Positions 20,159-30,144 are shown, counted from the stretch's first letter. The stretch is 64,000 bases of DNA from Candidatus Bathyarchaeota archaeon (GCA_963733055.1 CAVTBR010000002.1:192001-256000), one strand, 5' to 3'. Numbers and translations: made by a program. The notes: generated by a model not told the origin, from the letters alone.

Positions 20159-20323
20159 CTACATGTATTTCTTGAATCCTAGGCTTGGCGCGAGCTCTCG
20201 GAAACACTGTCGGCAGAGGAGGAGGTCGTACTTGCGTATGACGGGGCCGTATTGGCCGCATCGCCTGCATGGCCTGCTGCCTTTTCCGTACTTGTGGACT
20301 TTCTTTGGTTTTATCTTCGCCAT
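20159..20323 (-). CDS. rps14: 30S ribosomal protein uS14 (54 aa, below the ORF-track cutoff)
   Basis: Manual translation [54 protein letters not shown]. Confidence 0.95.
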   Translation of the reverse strand: MAKIKPKKVHKYGKGSRPCRRCGQYGPVIRKYDLLLCRQCFRELAPSLGFKKYM

Positions 20324-20328
20324 TCCGC

Positions 20329-20868
20329 TTATGCCTCCTTAATTTGGACCCCGAAGGTCTCTGTGACGAATTTGATTGCGTCCTCGCGGGTTACTCTCTG
20401 AGATTTGCCAATCCGGGACGGCCTGATTCTCCTTCTTTTGACTCGGAAACCGGGGCGCTCTAGAGATGCCACGACGTCCATTCCGAAGATGCCTAGTTCG
20501 GGCTGGTATTTCGTGCCCGGAATCTCGATGTGCTCCTTGATTCCAAATGCGAAGTTTCCGTTCTCGTCGAAGCTAGATCGCTTGATTGAATTGCTGACGG
20601 CTTCAAGGCCGCGCTTCAAGAACGCGCTGGCCTTCTCACCCCGTAGGGTCGTTAGGCAGGAGACCGGTTCTCCTTCTCGTATACTGAACTCCTTGATCGT
20701 CATCTTGGCCTGTTTAGTGCAGGGTTTTTGGCCGGTGATGTCGGTGATTATTTTCTTTGCTTTTTCGAGCATCTCCCCCGATGACCCTACTCCAATATGG
20801 ACTGTAACCTTCGCGAGTTTGATGGTCCGCATCGGGTTCTCTGGAACGGTTTCTGTGACGGTCTGCAC
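20329..20868 (-). CDS. rpl5: 50S ribosomal protein uL5
   Basis: [35 protein letters not shown]. Confidence 0.96.
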   Translation of the reverse strand: MQTVTETVPENPMRTIKLAKVTVHIGVGSSGEMLEKAKKIITDITGQKPCTKQAKMTIKEFSIREGEPVSCLTTLRGEKASAFLKRGLEAVSNSIKRSSFDENGNFAFGIKEHIEIPGTKYQPELGIFGMDVVASLERPGFRVKRRRIRPSRIGKSQRVTREDAIKFVTETFGVQIKEA

Positions 20869-20871
20869 GGC

Positions 20872-21615
20872 TTAGGCGGCCTCCAGCTTAATGGCGGGTT
20901 TGTCGGTACCAACGACGAAGGTGTAGTCCAGCACCGTATCGAACTTGTTTCCTGTGTCGTCTTCTATCCTCACCATAGCAGGGCGAGTGGCAGTGCCAGG
21001 TTGCGTTTCTACAATCTTGCCGCTCTTCCCGAGGTTTCGGCCAGCTGTGACCAAGGCATAGTTGCCCTTCTCGAATTTTATGTGGTTCAGTATTCGTTGG
21101 GTTGGAATGCTAATTCGTAGTGTGTCATTGGTTGAGTACCCAGTCGCTTGCGCGTCCGTTGGCTGAAAACTTAGGCTTCGCCCGTCGTGTGTTCCGTACT
21201 GTATGAGCCCTTTGGGGGCTGTTCTCTTTCGTAGTATCTTACAGAGTTTGAATTTGGCCTCCTCTTTTGAGATCTTAATGAGGCCAAGACCCTTGCCCTT
21301 GACTGGTAACATGCGGAATGTTAGGTTCGCCTCCGCGAATTCGACTACGTCCATCAGGCCGGTGGGGTGATTTTTTTCAAGCCTAGACCTTCCGTCAACC
21401 TTTACCTTTCCGTTCGCAAGCACCTTCGATACTTCTCGTCGATTCTTTGCGAGTTTTAATTCGTCTCTGACGATAAGTTCGAGCGGTAGGCAGAGTGCAG
21501 ATTGGTGCGCTCCGGGGTTTGGTTTGGGCGCCCAAGGTGATTCCTTTCTATGAATGGGCCAGTAGGCCGGAGAGGCTAGTCTCTTTAGGTGCCTGAGTCC
21601 GCCTTTTCGTGCCAT
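20872..21615 (-). CDS. rps4e: 30S ribosomal protein S4e
   Basis: HLKRLASP..WPI.RK, GLMDVV, THDGR. Confidence 0.96.
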   Translation of the reverse strand: MARKGGLRHLKRLASPAYWPIHRKESPWAPKPNPGAHQSALCLPLELIVRDELKLAKNRREVSKVLANGKVKVDGRSRLEKNHPTGLMDVVEFAEANLTFRMLPVKGKGLGLIKISKEEAKFKLCKILRKRTAPKGLIQYGTHDGRSLSFQPTDAQATGYSTNDTLRISIPTQRILNHIKFEKGNYALVTAGRNLGKSGKIVETQPGTATRPAMVRIEDDTGNKFDTVLDYTFVVGTDKPAIKLEAA

Positions 21616-21998
21616 TACTCAGCACCTTCCTTACCCGGTTTTTCCTGGGTTAGTTTGATGGATTCCGACCGCCATTTGTCGTCAAGGTTTAGCTTGGTAA
21701 TCATGACTTTCGAACTGTGAACCGATACGTTGGTTGACGTCCCCGAGGTCATCTCACGTGTGACCCCTTCGACGAACAAGCGTTGGCCGCGGGCGTCGAT
21801 GTCATTTACCTTTCCTTCAACCCCCGCGTAGTCCCCTCGTACAATCTTCACGGTGTCCCCTTTCCGAACGGGATAGGATCTCCTCCCTTGGGCGGTCTGC
21901 AATTCTTCGGAGAGAGGGGCCGCGAGCAGTTTTCTGAGGCCTTGGCCCTTGGCCTTGTAGATCTTCAGTCGCTGCTTTGAGGGTCGGCGTACGCTCAT
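21615..21998 (-). CDS. rpl24: 50S ribosomal protein uL24
   Basis: PVRKGDTVKIVRGD KOW motif, VHSSKVMITKL. Confidence 0.95.
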   Translation of the reverse strand: MSVRRPSKQRLKIYKAKGQGLRKLLAAPLSEELQTAQGRRSYPVRKGDTVKIVRGDYAGVEGKVNDIDARGQRLFVEGVTREMTSGTSTNVSVHSSKVMITKLNLDDKWRSESIKLTQEKPGKEGAE

Positions 21999-22008
21999 CC
22001 ATGTTCCC

Positions 22009-22446
22009 TCAAATGATTATGCTTGCAAGGTTCGCGACTCTCGGCCAACGTTCCGCGGCTTCCTTGGCTACCGGTCCACGAATTTCAGTTCCCTTCAACT
22101 CGCCTTCTGGCGTCATGATAACGCCGGCATTGTCGTGGAAGGAAAGCCTTGTTCCGTCAGGGCGCTTGAAAATTCGAACTTGGCGAACGACGACCGCCGG
22201 AAACATTTGCCTCCTCAGGTCTGGCGTTCCCTTTGATACCGAGACCATGATCATGTCCCCAACGCAGGCGGATGGGACGCGTCTAAGACGAGTGTGAGTT
22301 CCGAGGACTTGGATAACTTTGAGTTCCTTGGCGCCGGTATTATCGGCGCAGTTGATCCTGCTTCCGTTAGGCAACCCCCGTGCAATGCGCGGCCGATACT
22401 CTACCATTCCCTTAGCGCTTACAGCACGAGTCTTGGGGGCTGGCAA
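22009..22446 (-). CDS. rpl14: 50S ribosomal protein uL14
   Basis: [29 protein letters not shown]. Confidence 0.97.
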   Translation of the reverse strand: MPAPKTRAVSAKGMVEYRPRIARGLPNGSRINCADNTGAKELKVIQVLGTHTRLRRVPSACVGDMIMVSVSKGTPDLRRQMFPAVVVRQVRIFKRPDGTRLSFHDNAGVIMTPEGELKGTEIRGPVAKEAAERWPRVANLASIII

Positions 22447-22521
22447 TTTTCTTTCACGTAAGGCGCTGCTGAACGTACCTGCAACAAATTAAGCTTATGT
22501 TGGGGAGATTGTGCCGTTGAC

Positions 22522-22857
22522 TCAAGAAATTGCCGCTATTTTCTCTACAACTACAAAGGCGACTTCTTTGCTGATTGGTCTACACTCAGCGACCTTAACC
22601 CTGTCTCCCTCATGGACTTCCAAGCAGGGCGGGCTGTGGGCCAAAATTCGACTTCGGCGTTTTTCATACCGCATATATTTCGGATCGTATTGCTGGTAGT
22701 CTCTCTCCACCGTTACCGTTTTCATCATCTTTGCACTTACTACTTTGCCGTCCAAGAATTTTCTTCGTACCGAGAGGCCTCCGTGGAACGGGCAGTTGCG
22801 GTCCTCGCAAGCTTTCTTTGGTGCATTTGCACCTATTCCGAGGTCTGACATTACCAT
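22522..22857 (-). CDS. rps17: 30S ribosomal protein uS17
   Basis: CEDRNCPFHG, YMRYEKRRS, ECRPISK. Confidence 0.96.
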   Translation of the reverse strand: MVMSDLGIGANAPKKACEDRNCPFHGGLSVRRKFLDGKVVSAKMMKTVTVERDYQQYDPKYMRYEKRRSRILAHSPPCLEVHEGDRVKVAECRPISKEVAFVVVEKIAAIS

Positions 22858-23141
22858 CGCTTCACTCTGGTCTTGAGTCTGGTCTCTGGTCGAGCCACTA
22901 ACCGTTCTCCGTCAACATCAACTCGAATGCCGCTTGGGAGGTTAAATCTGAAAGTTGCGATCTCCTTCGGGATCATAAGGGTCTTCTCCGACGATAATAT
23001 CTTGAGCATATTCTTTGTCTCGTCCACAACCGTTCCTCGAATTCCAACGACGGAAGGGTCGGTTGCTTGGGTTACACGGACTGTCAACCCAATTAACTCG
23101 TGCCTAAGAATGTTCTGTGGGGTAATGGGGAACATGGTCAA
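22851..23141 (-). CDS. rnp1: Ribonuclease P protein component 1 (Rpp29/POP4)
   Basis: NILRHELIGL, GTVVDETKNML, RPETR. Confidence 0.93.
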   Translation of the reverse strand: MTMFPITPQNILRHELIGLTVRVTQATDPSVVGIRGTVVDETKNMLKILSSEKTLMIPKEIATFRFNLPSGIRVDVDGERLVARPETRLKTRVKRW

Positions 23142-23350
23142 GTTGCCTTCTGTAGCGGTTTTTCGTGTTCGATTGTTAGTAAGCGTGCGACGGTCCGTTT
23201 GAGTTGGCGAATCCTTCCAACATTTTCAATGTTGCCGCCGGACTTCACGGTCGTACGTAATTTCACTAGCTCCGTCCTGAACTCCGCCAGCCTCTTCTCG
23301 CGCTCCTCAGGAAGAAGCTGCCTGATCTCACGTTTTCGTAGTATCGGCAT
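23138..23350 (-). CDS. rpl29: 50S ribosomal protein uL29
   Basis: MPILRKREIR, ENVGRIRQLKRTVARLLT. Confidence 0.93.
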   Translation of the reverse strand: MPILRKREIRQLLPEEREKRLAEFRTELVKLRTTVKSGGNIENVGRIRQLKRTVARLLTIEHEKPLQKAT

Positions 23351-24026
23351 CTGCCGCAACCTCTTCTACTACTGCACCTTCCGCAACGACCTGGGCGACC
23401 ACTGCCTTAGCTGGCTGAGCGGCCGCTGGTGCGACGTCTCGAACGACCGGTCTGTCGGGCAAACTAATGTTCGGTGGCATAAGGCGAACCCTAATCCCGA
23501 AAAGCCCCTGCTTCAATTGAGTATCAACTACCGCAGAGCGAACAATTCTGTCAATTGCTTCTCCGACAGAGGGCAGGTAACCTGCTTTGTACTTTTCGTA
23601 ACGGGCTCTGTCCGTTGTTAGCTTCCCGCGAATGGAGATCTCGACGCCTAAAGCTCCGGCTTCTATCGTTCTCTGCAGAGCCCAATAGCACGCACGCCTA
23701 AAATGAATTCCACGTTGAAGCGCCATTGCAATTTGCGAAGCAACAACCTTTGGGTCAAGTTCTGGTGCTTCCAGTGTCGCCACCGAAATCTGTGGGTTCT
23801 GGACGCCGAACTTTTGCTCAAGTACCGCGGTTAAGTCCCGAATACTCTGACCTCGCCTACCTATCACTAGACCCGGTTTCGCCACGTACACTACAACCCG
23901 TGTTCCCAGCGGGGTCTTGTTCATCTCCACCTTGCTGTAACCTGCCCGTTTCAATTCCTGAGACAGAAATTCGTCGATCTCAGCCCTACGGGCGTTTTCC
24001 TTTACGAAATAACTGTGAAGTGGCAA
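23328..24026 (-). CDS. rps3: 30S ribosomal protein uS3
   Basis: KTPLGTRV, KPGLVIGRRG, GALGVEI. Confidence 0.96.
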   Translation of the reverse strand: MPLHSYFVKENARRAEIDEFLSQELKRAGYSKVEMNKTPLGTRVVVYVAKPGLVIGRRGQSIRDLTAVLEQKFGVQNPQISVATLEAPELDPKVVASQIAMALQRGIHFRRACYWALQRTIEAGALGVEISIRGKLTTDRARYEKYKAGYLPSVGEAIDRIVRSAVVDTQLKQGLFGIRVRLMPPNISLPDRPVVRDVAPAAAQPAKAVVAQVVAEGAVVEEVAADADTTKT

Positions 24027-24027
24027 G

Positions 24028-24495
24028 TCACTCAGCTACCTCATAGCCCATTAACTCAATGTGAACGAGTGTGTTTCGGTACGGCGAAGCTCTGCCATAC
24101 GCTCTAGAAATGACCCTTTGAGTCTTCATTCCCCTCTGAGAGGCCGCGTGCACGATTCTTAACCGGTCAACATCCAGACCTTTGTACTCTGCGTTGGCTT
24201 CGAGTTCCTCTAGTAGGAAGAGGAACGCCTTCGCAGCCTTTACTGGGTAACGGCCAGCATACCAACCTTCATCTAAACTTCTATGTGGTACTTCCTTATG
24301 GTAGCGTCTGAATGCTATAGCGCGTTTCTTGACTACTACTCCTTCCAGAAGATCTTTCGCGGAGTCTAACCTCATTCCTCGAAGCTTTCGACAAATTTCG
24401 GTTGAGTGCTTGGGGGATATCTTCAACTCTCGCCCTGAGCATTTGACAGCTCGGTCTGGGTCGAATTCCTTGACCGAGTATCCCCACTTTGGCAT
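24028..24495 (-). CDS. rpl22: 50S ribosomal protein uL22
   Basis: MPKWGYS, ISPKHSTEIC, GRYPVKAA, RAYGRASP. Confidence 0.96.
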   Translation of the reverse strand: MPKWGYSVKEFDPDRAVKCSGRELKISPKHSTEICRKLRGMRLDSAKDLLEGVVVKKRAIAFRRYHKEVPHRSLDEGWYAGRYPVKAAKAFLFLLEELEANAEYKGLDVDRLRIVHAASQRGMKTQRVISRAYGRASPYRNTLVHIELMGYEVAE

Positions 24496-24736
24496 TCTAA
24501 TCGCACCGTGCGCAGCCGCATGTGCGCAGTACCCCTAAAAAACGTTGAGTTCACAAGACTGTGTAAACAAATAGCGAAAATCGTCTCTCAGCCCCCGCCC
24601 CCGCAGTTATTGCGATGTTGGGATCTCATTGTTGAGTTTGTTTACAAAATACTCCCTCAGGAAGCGGGAGTGCCTGTGTGAGGGTAGTTGATGAGTATGT
24701 AGATGTTCCTTATTTTCGGAACGTTCCGGTGCTCGT

Positions 24737-24870
24737 TACGAATGTTCTGATGAATAACTGCTTCTTACTGGACCAAGCAAAACTAGAGCGGCAACTAATG
24801 TCAAAGCCGTTGTGAGAATTGGACCTTATGTTGATGGGAATTCAGGCACTGTCACCATATTGACATTATT
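24737..24870 (-). pseudogene. Remnant 3' end of a PEF-CTERM-type surface protein gene
   Basis: Manual translation NNVNMVTVPEFPST*GPILTTALTLVAALVLL; in-frame stop inside the sorting signal. Confidence 0.5.
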
Positions 24871-24926
24871 CTGGGTAACGCGTCGTTTGGTCTGAGAGGC
24901 TGTCTACTTTCGGTTGGTAACTAGGC

Positions 24927-25466
24927 TTAGTTTCGGGTTCTACGTCTGATTGTAGCGTACATGATTATGGCGAGTATGGCGAGTATTGGTAAGCCGTATG
25001 GATACTCTACTACCGCACTAGTAAATACGGTAACAGTGGTGGCTGCTGTAACAGTATTCGTAATTGTATTTGTGACGGTATTCGTGACCGTTGTTGTAGG
25101 GAGGGGGAGGATGGTGAAGGGCACGCAACCAATGGGATTGCCAATGTTCAAGTCACCATCGACTTGCATGGAGTAGGAGCCAGCAGGATAACCGCCAAAC
25201 AGAATAACATACACCTGGAAACCATGGAAAACCGATGGGGTAGAAGTAATCAAGTTTCCCGCAACACAACCGGAACCACTATACAAATGCCCGTACGGGA
25301 TAGAGACGGAGGATATCCCAAATACATCGAAGAACGTATTTGCGTAGATTAGGGAACCACTCCCAAATGCAACTGCCGACACCGACCCCACACTACTCAG
25401 AAGCGCTACTATGATTATTGTTAGGGTTAACGCTGAGGTGACCCACGCCTTCCGCATAACTTCCAC
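24927..25466 (-). CDS. Secreted/cell-surface protein with Thr-rich linker and PEF-CTERM-like C-terminal anchor
   Basis: Signal peptide, TTTVTNTVT linker, VVEYP then TM helix then RRR. Confidence 0.75.
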   Translation of the reverse strand: MEVMRKAWVTSALTLTIIIVALLSSVGSVSAVAFGSGSLIYANTFFDVFGISSVSIPYGHLYSGSGCVAGNLITSTPSVFHGFQVYVILFGGYPAGSYSMQVDGDLNIGNPIGCVPFTILPLPTTTVTNTVTNTITNTVTAATTVTVFTSAVVEYPYGLPILAILAIIMYATIRRRTRN

Positions 25467-25573
25467 TCTAACATTCCAGATAAATTTCGTTGAATATTAT
25501 TCTTATTCGGGTAACCAACCTTCACGTTTGGAAGCGTTCTGAATCAGCGTCAACCGCTTGTTCTCACGCTATC

Positions 25574-25768
25574 CTAGTTTAGTTCCGGATGTTTCTTCGT
25601 GTATCGGCAACCGCAGACTGCACAGCGCTGAAATCTTGAGTGAAATTGCAGCAAGTGATGACAAACATCACAGCACGATTCTCGATGAGCCGTCCAATGA
25701 TGCTCATGCAGCTGACCGTTTGATGAAAATATCTTAGCGGGTTCACACAGCTTACAATAGTGACTCAT
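25574..25768 (-). CDS. Small zinc-finger protein (C2H2-like finger plus CxxC pairs)
   Basis: YCKLC...F....QLHEHHWTAH followed by CDVC and CAVC. Confidence 0.55.
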   Translation of the reverse strand: MSHYCKLCEPAKIFSSNGQLHEHHWTAHRESCCDVCHHLLQFHSRFQRCAVCGCRYTKKHPELN

Positions 25769-26145
25769 AGAGCGAAACCAAACCTCAATCCTAACTCAAC
25801 CCGCCGCTTGCCCGAAACCATAGTAGACTTAGATTTCTTAGCTTCGGGTTTTGCATCCGATTTCGCCGTACTGGATTACTGCAAGAATTGCGAGTATCTT
25901 GCGGTTCCCTTTATTGTCTAACACCCGTTAGTTTTGGCTCTCAAGCCAGTCAAAAGCCGCATTTCTACTCCTTTTCAGTTCATTAGTTTGACCGTTTAGA
26001 CGAAATAAAACCGTTGTTTACCCATCCGGCCACCACAAAAGTCGATTTACCATCGACTTGACGTGGCTTCGGATCAAGTAGCGCTCTACTCGCACCTCAA
26101 GCAAGTCCTATCTAGGTTCAAACATGATTCCTTTACGACCTAACA

Positions 26146-26592
26146 TTGGAATCTACCAAGTCCCCATCATCCAAAGAGAGCGAGATTCATGGTACAACGC
26201 TTCGGGTTTACTGGTACCTGTTCAAGAGTTCCGGAGCCGTAGGCGTTCGCGAAACGCAGAGAGCGCTTTCTATGTCGAGTCCCAGCATCGCACTTTACCA
26301 CCTTGAGAAGCTTCGCGAGCTAGGAATAGTCGACAAAGATTCGGGCGGCAATTACGTTCTAAAGCAGCAAGTTCAGATCGGATCCTTGAAGTCCTTTCTT
26401 AAAGTTGGCCATCTTATACTACCCCGATACCTGTTCTACACGATCTTCCTGACAACAGCCGTGCTGGTGTATTCTGTAGAAGCGGTTCTTCAAACTGGTA
26501 CTGTCGAACCGGCCGGCATTGTGCTTGGAGCTGCTGGTGCGGGTATCTCTTGGTACGAATGCCTGCGTATGTGGAAGGACCGCGTCCTATAG
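26146..26592 (+). CDS. Membrane-anchored winged-helix transcriptional regulator
   Basis: GVRETQRALSMSSPSIALYHLEKLRELG wHTH followed by two TM helices. Confidence 0.8.
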   Translation: MESTKSPSSKESEIHGTTLRVYWYLFKSSGAVGVRETQRALSMSSPSIALYHLEKLRELGIVDKDSGGNYVLKQQVQIGSLKSFLKVGHLILPRYLFYTIFLTTAVLVYSVEAVLQTGTVEPAGIVLGAAGAGISWYECLRMWKDRVL

Positions 26593-26648
26593 AGGGAATT
26601 TGGTTGTTCGAAAACGTAGAGTTAACCAAATTGAAGGCTGAAGTCTAA

Positions 26649-26906
26649 TTGGAGCAAATGAAGAAGGGAATCTGGCTAGCCGTTCTGCTAGGCATTCTTA
26701 TCGGCGTAACACTAGGGTACACCCCATATGTTTCACCAACTGCAGCCCCGCGAACAATGTTTTTGATGCAACAGGCGGGCCAGCCGAACGTTGCGCAGGG
26801 TACCCCTCAGGCCTCCAGTGATCCTCTGTCAATTCTCATCGCCCTGGCGGCGGGCCTAGTAATCGCTATCCCCGCTTTCGCATACGCGAAAAGGCGAAGC
26901 AAGTGA
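26649..26906 (+). CDS. Small two-TM hypothetical membrane protein
   Basis: Hydrophobic N- and C-terminal helices, basic tail. Confidence 0.65.
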   Translation: MEQMKKGIWLAVLLGILIGVTLGYTPYVSPTAAPRTMFLMQQAGQPNVAQGTPQASSDPLSILIALAAGLVIAIPAFAYAKRRSK

Positions 26907-26946
26907 AGCCTACAAGGCTCACTTAACTCGAAGGGAGTAGGCCGGG

Positions 26947-27348
26947 CTACTTGAGCGGGACATACATACTTGATCGGGATGCGCCAATACCCGGTGTCCC
27001 ATGCTGGACTTTCTTGTTCGTGATTACGAATTCTCCGACATAGTGGCCTAACATTTCGGGTTTAATGTCGAGTGAGGTGAACTCCTTCCCACTGTGAATC
27101 AGCAGGTTCAAACCTACCATTTCTGGGATGACCACCATGTCTCTGCAGTGCGTTTTGATGGGTTTGGCATCCTTCGTCTTGGCTCTGCGGTAATTTCGGA
27201 TGAGCTCCATCAGTGTTCTTTGGTCAGTGGTTAATCCTCTTGTAAGCGAACGTCTTTGCCTCGAAGGTAGAATTCTTATGAATTCGTCCATGGACATCTG
27301 TTGCAACGCTTCGAAAGTATGTCCCCTGTACAGGAATTCACGAGGCAA
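26947..27348 (-). CDS. rps19: 30S ribosomal protein uS19
   Basis: FLYRG, RQRRSLTRG, KTHCRDM, HGTPGIGASRSSMYVPLK. Confidence 0.97.
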   Translation of the reverse strand: MPREFLYRGHTFEALQQMSMDEFIRILPSRQRRSLTRGLTTDQRTLMELIRNYRRAKTKDAKPIKTHCRDMVVIPEMVGLNLLIHSGKEFTSLDIKPEMLGHYVGEFVITNKKVQHGTPGIGASRSSMYVPLK

Positions 27349-27420
27349 TGCTTAGCACATCAGCGTTGGTTTGGTTCTGTTCTAATTAATGTTGCCGTAA
27401 GTCTTGTTTGATGATCGTCC

Positions 27421-27690
27421 CTATAGTATGCCCAACCTGACGGCTAGGTCAGATGCTTTGAAATCCTGCGTAAGTTTGACAAATGCTTTCTTGTCCCCCT
27501 CTGGGGTGATCAGAGTCTTTACGTCTCGAACCCTAACCTCATAGAGTTCTTGGATGGCCCGTTTGATGTCATGCTTGTCGGAGAGTACGTCAACGATGAA
27601 AGTTATTTTATTCTCAGCCTCGAGTAGAGTGACGGCATCTTCTGAAAGTAGCGGGTACCTAACCACATCCCTAGTCGCGATCTTCGTCAA
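27421..27690 (-). CDS. rpl23: 50S ribosomal protein uL23
   Basis: YPLLSE, ENKITFIVD, KKAFVKL. Confidence 0.95.
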   Translation of the reverse strand: MTKIATRDVVRYPLLSEDAVTLLEAENKITFIVDVLSDKHDIKRAIQELYEVRVRDVKTLITPEGDKKAFVKLTQDFKASDLAVRLGIL

Positions 27691-28482
27691 CTTGATGCTC
27701 CTCCGACGCGGGTCTCAAGCCCTTTGATAGCTGACTCGGTCCAAATGGTCAACCGGCCCGGCTGAGTCCCTGGAGCCAAATCACTGACGTTCAAGCTAGA
27801 TACCTCAACTACTCGGACACCGCTAAAATTGCCGAAAGCCATTTCCGCACCCTGGCGTTTCGAAACTACAATCAACGCACTGACTCGGTTCTTGTGAGGA
27901 CGGCCGCGCACACTGCCCTTGCCGCTTCTAATCTTTCGATCGGAAGCCCGTTCAACATCCTCCCACAAACCCATGTTCTTGAGGACTTTCTCTGCTTCAG
28001 AGCTCTTCGTTAGTTTCTCGGCATCATCCGAAACGACGAGTGGTAATTCTAAGTCGGCTGCGATCCTGTGTCCGCGGGCTTGAACCATTGGTCTAGATGA
28101 GGTAGCAGCGACAGCTGAGATCATTGCAAGCCTGAGCTCCTTTTTGTTAATCTTCTTACCGGACTGCTTCGCTGACGTTGGTGGAAAAGTCAACCGCCCC
28201 TTAACTGTGGAGGGCGCAAACCCGGCCAACCCACCCCTAGCGTACCTTTCTCCTTTCACGCGTGGGATTCTAGACATTCCGCAGTCCAACTCCCAAAGAT
28301 TGGGCGGTTGTTCTCTTGCCCGCCATCGGATTCCGCCCTTGAGGTTGGAAGGAGTGACTTTGAATGGCTACTACGGCGCGTCGTATGAGGTCGCCCCGGA
28401 CTGGGGCGTCAAAGAATCGAGGAAGAGGAACCTGGCCAGCAGATTTTCCCTCCGCGTCATAAAGTGGAACAGATTTTGGCAA
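27687..28482 (-). CDS. rpl4: 50S ribosomal protein uL4 (one extra base near 28283 splits the frame; probably a sequencing error)
   Basis: N-part RGDLIRRAV..QPQGRNPMAG; C-part GMSRIPRVKG, KKINKKE, LAPGTQPGRLTIWT. Confidence 0.9.
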
Positions 28483-28488
28483 TACTGA

Positions 28489-29355
28489 TCACTTTAGTTT
28501 CATTTCGTTTAGCATGCTCAACGTGATGAATAAAGCCTCTTCTGTTCGAACGGTCGCTACTTGCTGAGCAGGGACGGTGTTTACGAAGTAATGAAAGAGA
28601 TCCATTGGTTTCTTGTCTTCTTCTCTGAGAATTTCCGGTAAACCCCGTCGAGGGGAGCCAAAAACGATCAGAACCGATTCAACATTATTCAGCAACTTGC
28701 TGATCTCTAACCAAACCTCCTGTGCAGGAGTCCCAAATCGGGATGTACCGATTCTTAGGTTGAATTGCTCCCGTTGAAGCATACTTGCAAGCTTGAGCTT
28801 TGATCGAGTCACTCGGTAACCCCAATACATGCCCGTCGTGGAGGCTTCGACGATTTCCCCACGCAAGCCCTTCCTTAGTTCAGTGAGTCGAAGAGTGATT
28901 CTGTCGCCGATCGGATAGCTGCCTTGACATTCGACGGTTTCTTTCAGCCCAGAATCCACCCGCACAGATGTACCGTCACGCGCCACAACGACGCCTTCCC
29001 TAAAATCCCCCGCTTTGACTTCCGACAAAGAACTCGGAACATTGTGAGGAGGAGTTTGCAGCGGGGGCAATATGCCCGTGAACTCGAACGTTGGGCTCAG
29101 CTTGAACAGTCGTCTGCGCAAATATTGCGGCGTCTCAATAAAGGTCAGAATGTCGAAGCAGAACTGAAGGTCGACCCTCTGATCGCGGTTAGGGTCGTCG
29201 GGGTAGAGGATGATCTCTGTGACGCCGAAAATTGAGCATGCACGCGCAATTGCTCCAAGTTTTGCAGTTTTCTCACGCAAATGCGGCGTGTCCGAAGCAA
29301 CCGAGCCAGGAATAGCGACAGAGAACCTTTTCCACACACGCGCCTCACCTGCCAA
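28489..29355 (-). CDS. SPOUT-class RNA methyltransferase (DUF171/C9orf114 family)
   Basis: IARACSIFGV, ETPQYLR, GILPPL, YWGY, FGSP..GL, TVRTEEA. Confidence 0.9.
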   Translation of the reverse strand: MAGEARVWKRFSVAIPGSVASDTPHLREKTAKLGAIARACSIFGVTEIILYPDDPNRDQRVDLQFCFDILTFIETPQYLRRRLFKLSPTFEFTGILPPLQTPPHNVPSSLSEVKAGDFREGVVVARDGTSVRVDSGLKETVECQGSYPIGDRITLRLTELRKGLRGEIVEASTTGMYWGYRVTRSKLKLASMLQREQFNLRIGTSRFGTPAQEVWLEISKLLNNVESVLIVFGSPRRGLPEILREEDKKPMDLFHYFVNTVPAQQVATVRTEEALFITLSMLNEMKLK

Positions 29356-29596
29356 CGAGCAACACTCCCGCCAAATGTCGGTTCCCAGAAGATGAATCTA
29401 ACTCATCAGAGGTCCATAGTTGAGGGACAGAAAAGCCTAGTTTTGCGCCGAAGGCGACATAGGCATGTGATCTACTAGTCGACGAACACTCTGAGAACCC
29501 TCCCATATTGAACTCTTGATGTTACCGAAGTGTCGTTTTGGTGGTGACAGTATACGTATGACCACGGATTCCATGTTTCCATGCAGGCGTGATTCC

Positions 29597-29758
29597 ATGG
29601 AAGTCGTTGGTAAGTCAACGATTACGGGAAAATATCAATTGACGCTCCCGAAAAGTGTGAGAGAATTCCTCAGAGCCGACAACGGCGACCTAATTGTGTT
29701 CATCAGAGACCACGATAAGATTCTGGTAAAGCGAGGCACAGTGAAGATCGAGGAATGA
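29597..29758 (+). CDS. AbrB/MazE/SpoVT family DNA-binding protein
   Basis: STITGKYQLTLPKSVREFL...GD.IVF. Confidence 0.85.
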   Translation: MEVVGKSTITGKYQLTLPKSVREFLRADNGDLIVFIRDHDKILVKRGTVKIEE

Positions 29759-29798
29759 ATTTCTCGGAGCCTATGAACGCCTCCAAGACTGAATTGAA

Positions 29799-30134
29799 TT
29801 GCGGCAACCACATCTCGAGTTCAACGATGCCCTGCTAGAATCCGTAGACGAAACCATTACGAGTCTACTTAGTCGAGGCGTGGCTGACGCGCTCTATGCT
29901 CATATCAAAACCTTTCACTCTATTTCGAGGGATGAGCTACCTTACCGACTTGACACTCTACTGACTGCGTTAGAGAAGATATTTGGCGTTCGCGGTTCAC
30001 AGACCATAACAAAAGTCATCGCCAGGACGTTTTATCTCAAATTGGGGCTCGAGTTTGCAGGCAATCCGAACCGGACTTTAGCCGAGTATGTTGATGAAGC
30101 GAAAATGAAGCTGAATGTTTCACATCAGAGGTAG
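29799..30134 (+). CDS. Hypothetical helical protein of the type found beside archaeal two-component systems
   Basis: LLESVDETITSL...ALEKIFG pattern; lies directly upstream of the kinase. Confidence 0.65.
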   Translation: MRQPHLEFNDALLESVDETITSLLSRGVADALYAHIKTFHSISRDELPYRLDTLLTALEKIFGVRGSQTITKVIARTFYLKLGLEFAGNPNRTLAEYVDEAKMKLNVSHQR

Positions 30135-30144
30135 TTGAGTAAGT

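Noticed and set aside
11199-24538. Numerous plus-strand ORFs across the ribosomal cluster
   Set aside because: Antisense shadows of well-supported minus-strand genes (kbl excepted)
28270-28290. Programmed frameshift, intron or true pseudogene in rpl4
   Set aside because: A single extra base with no slippery run or BHB, in an essential gene; best explained as a sequencing error
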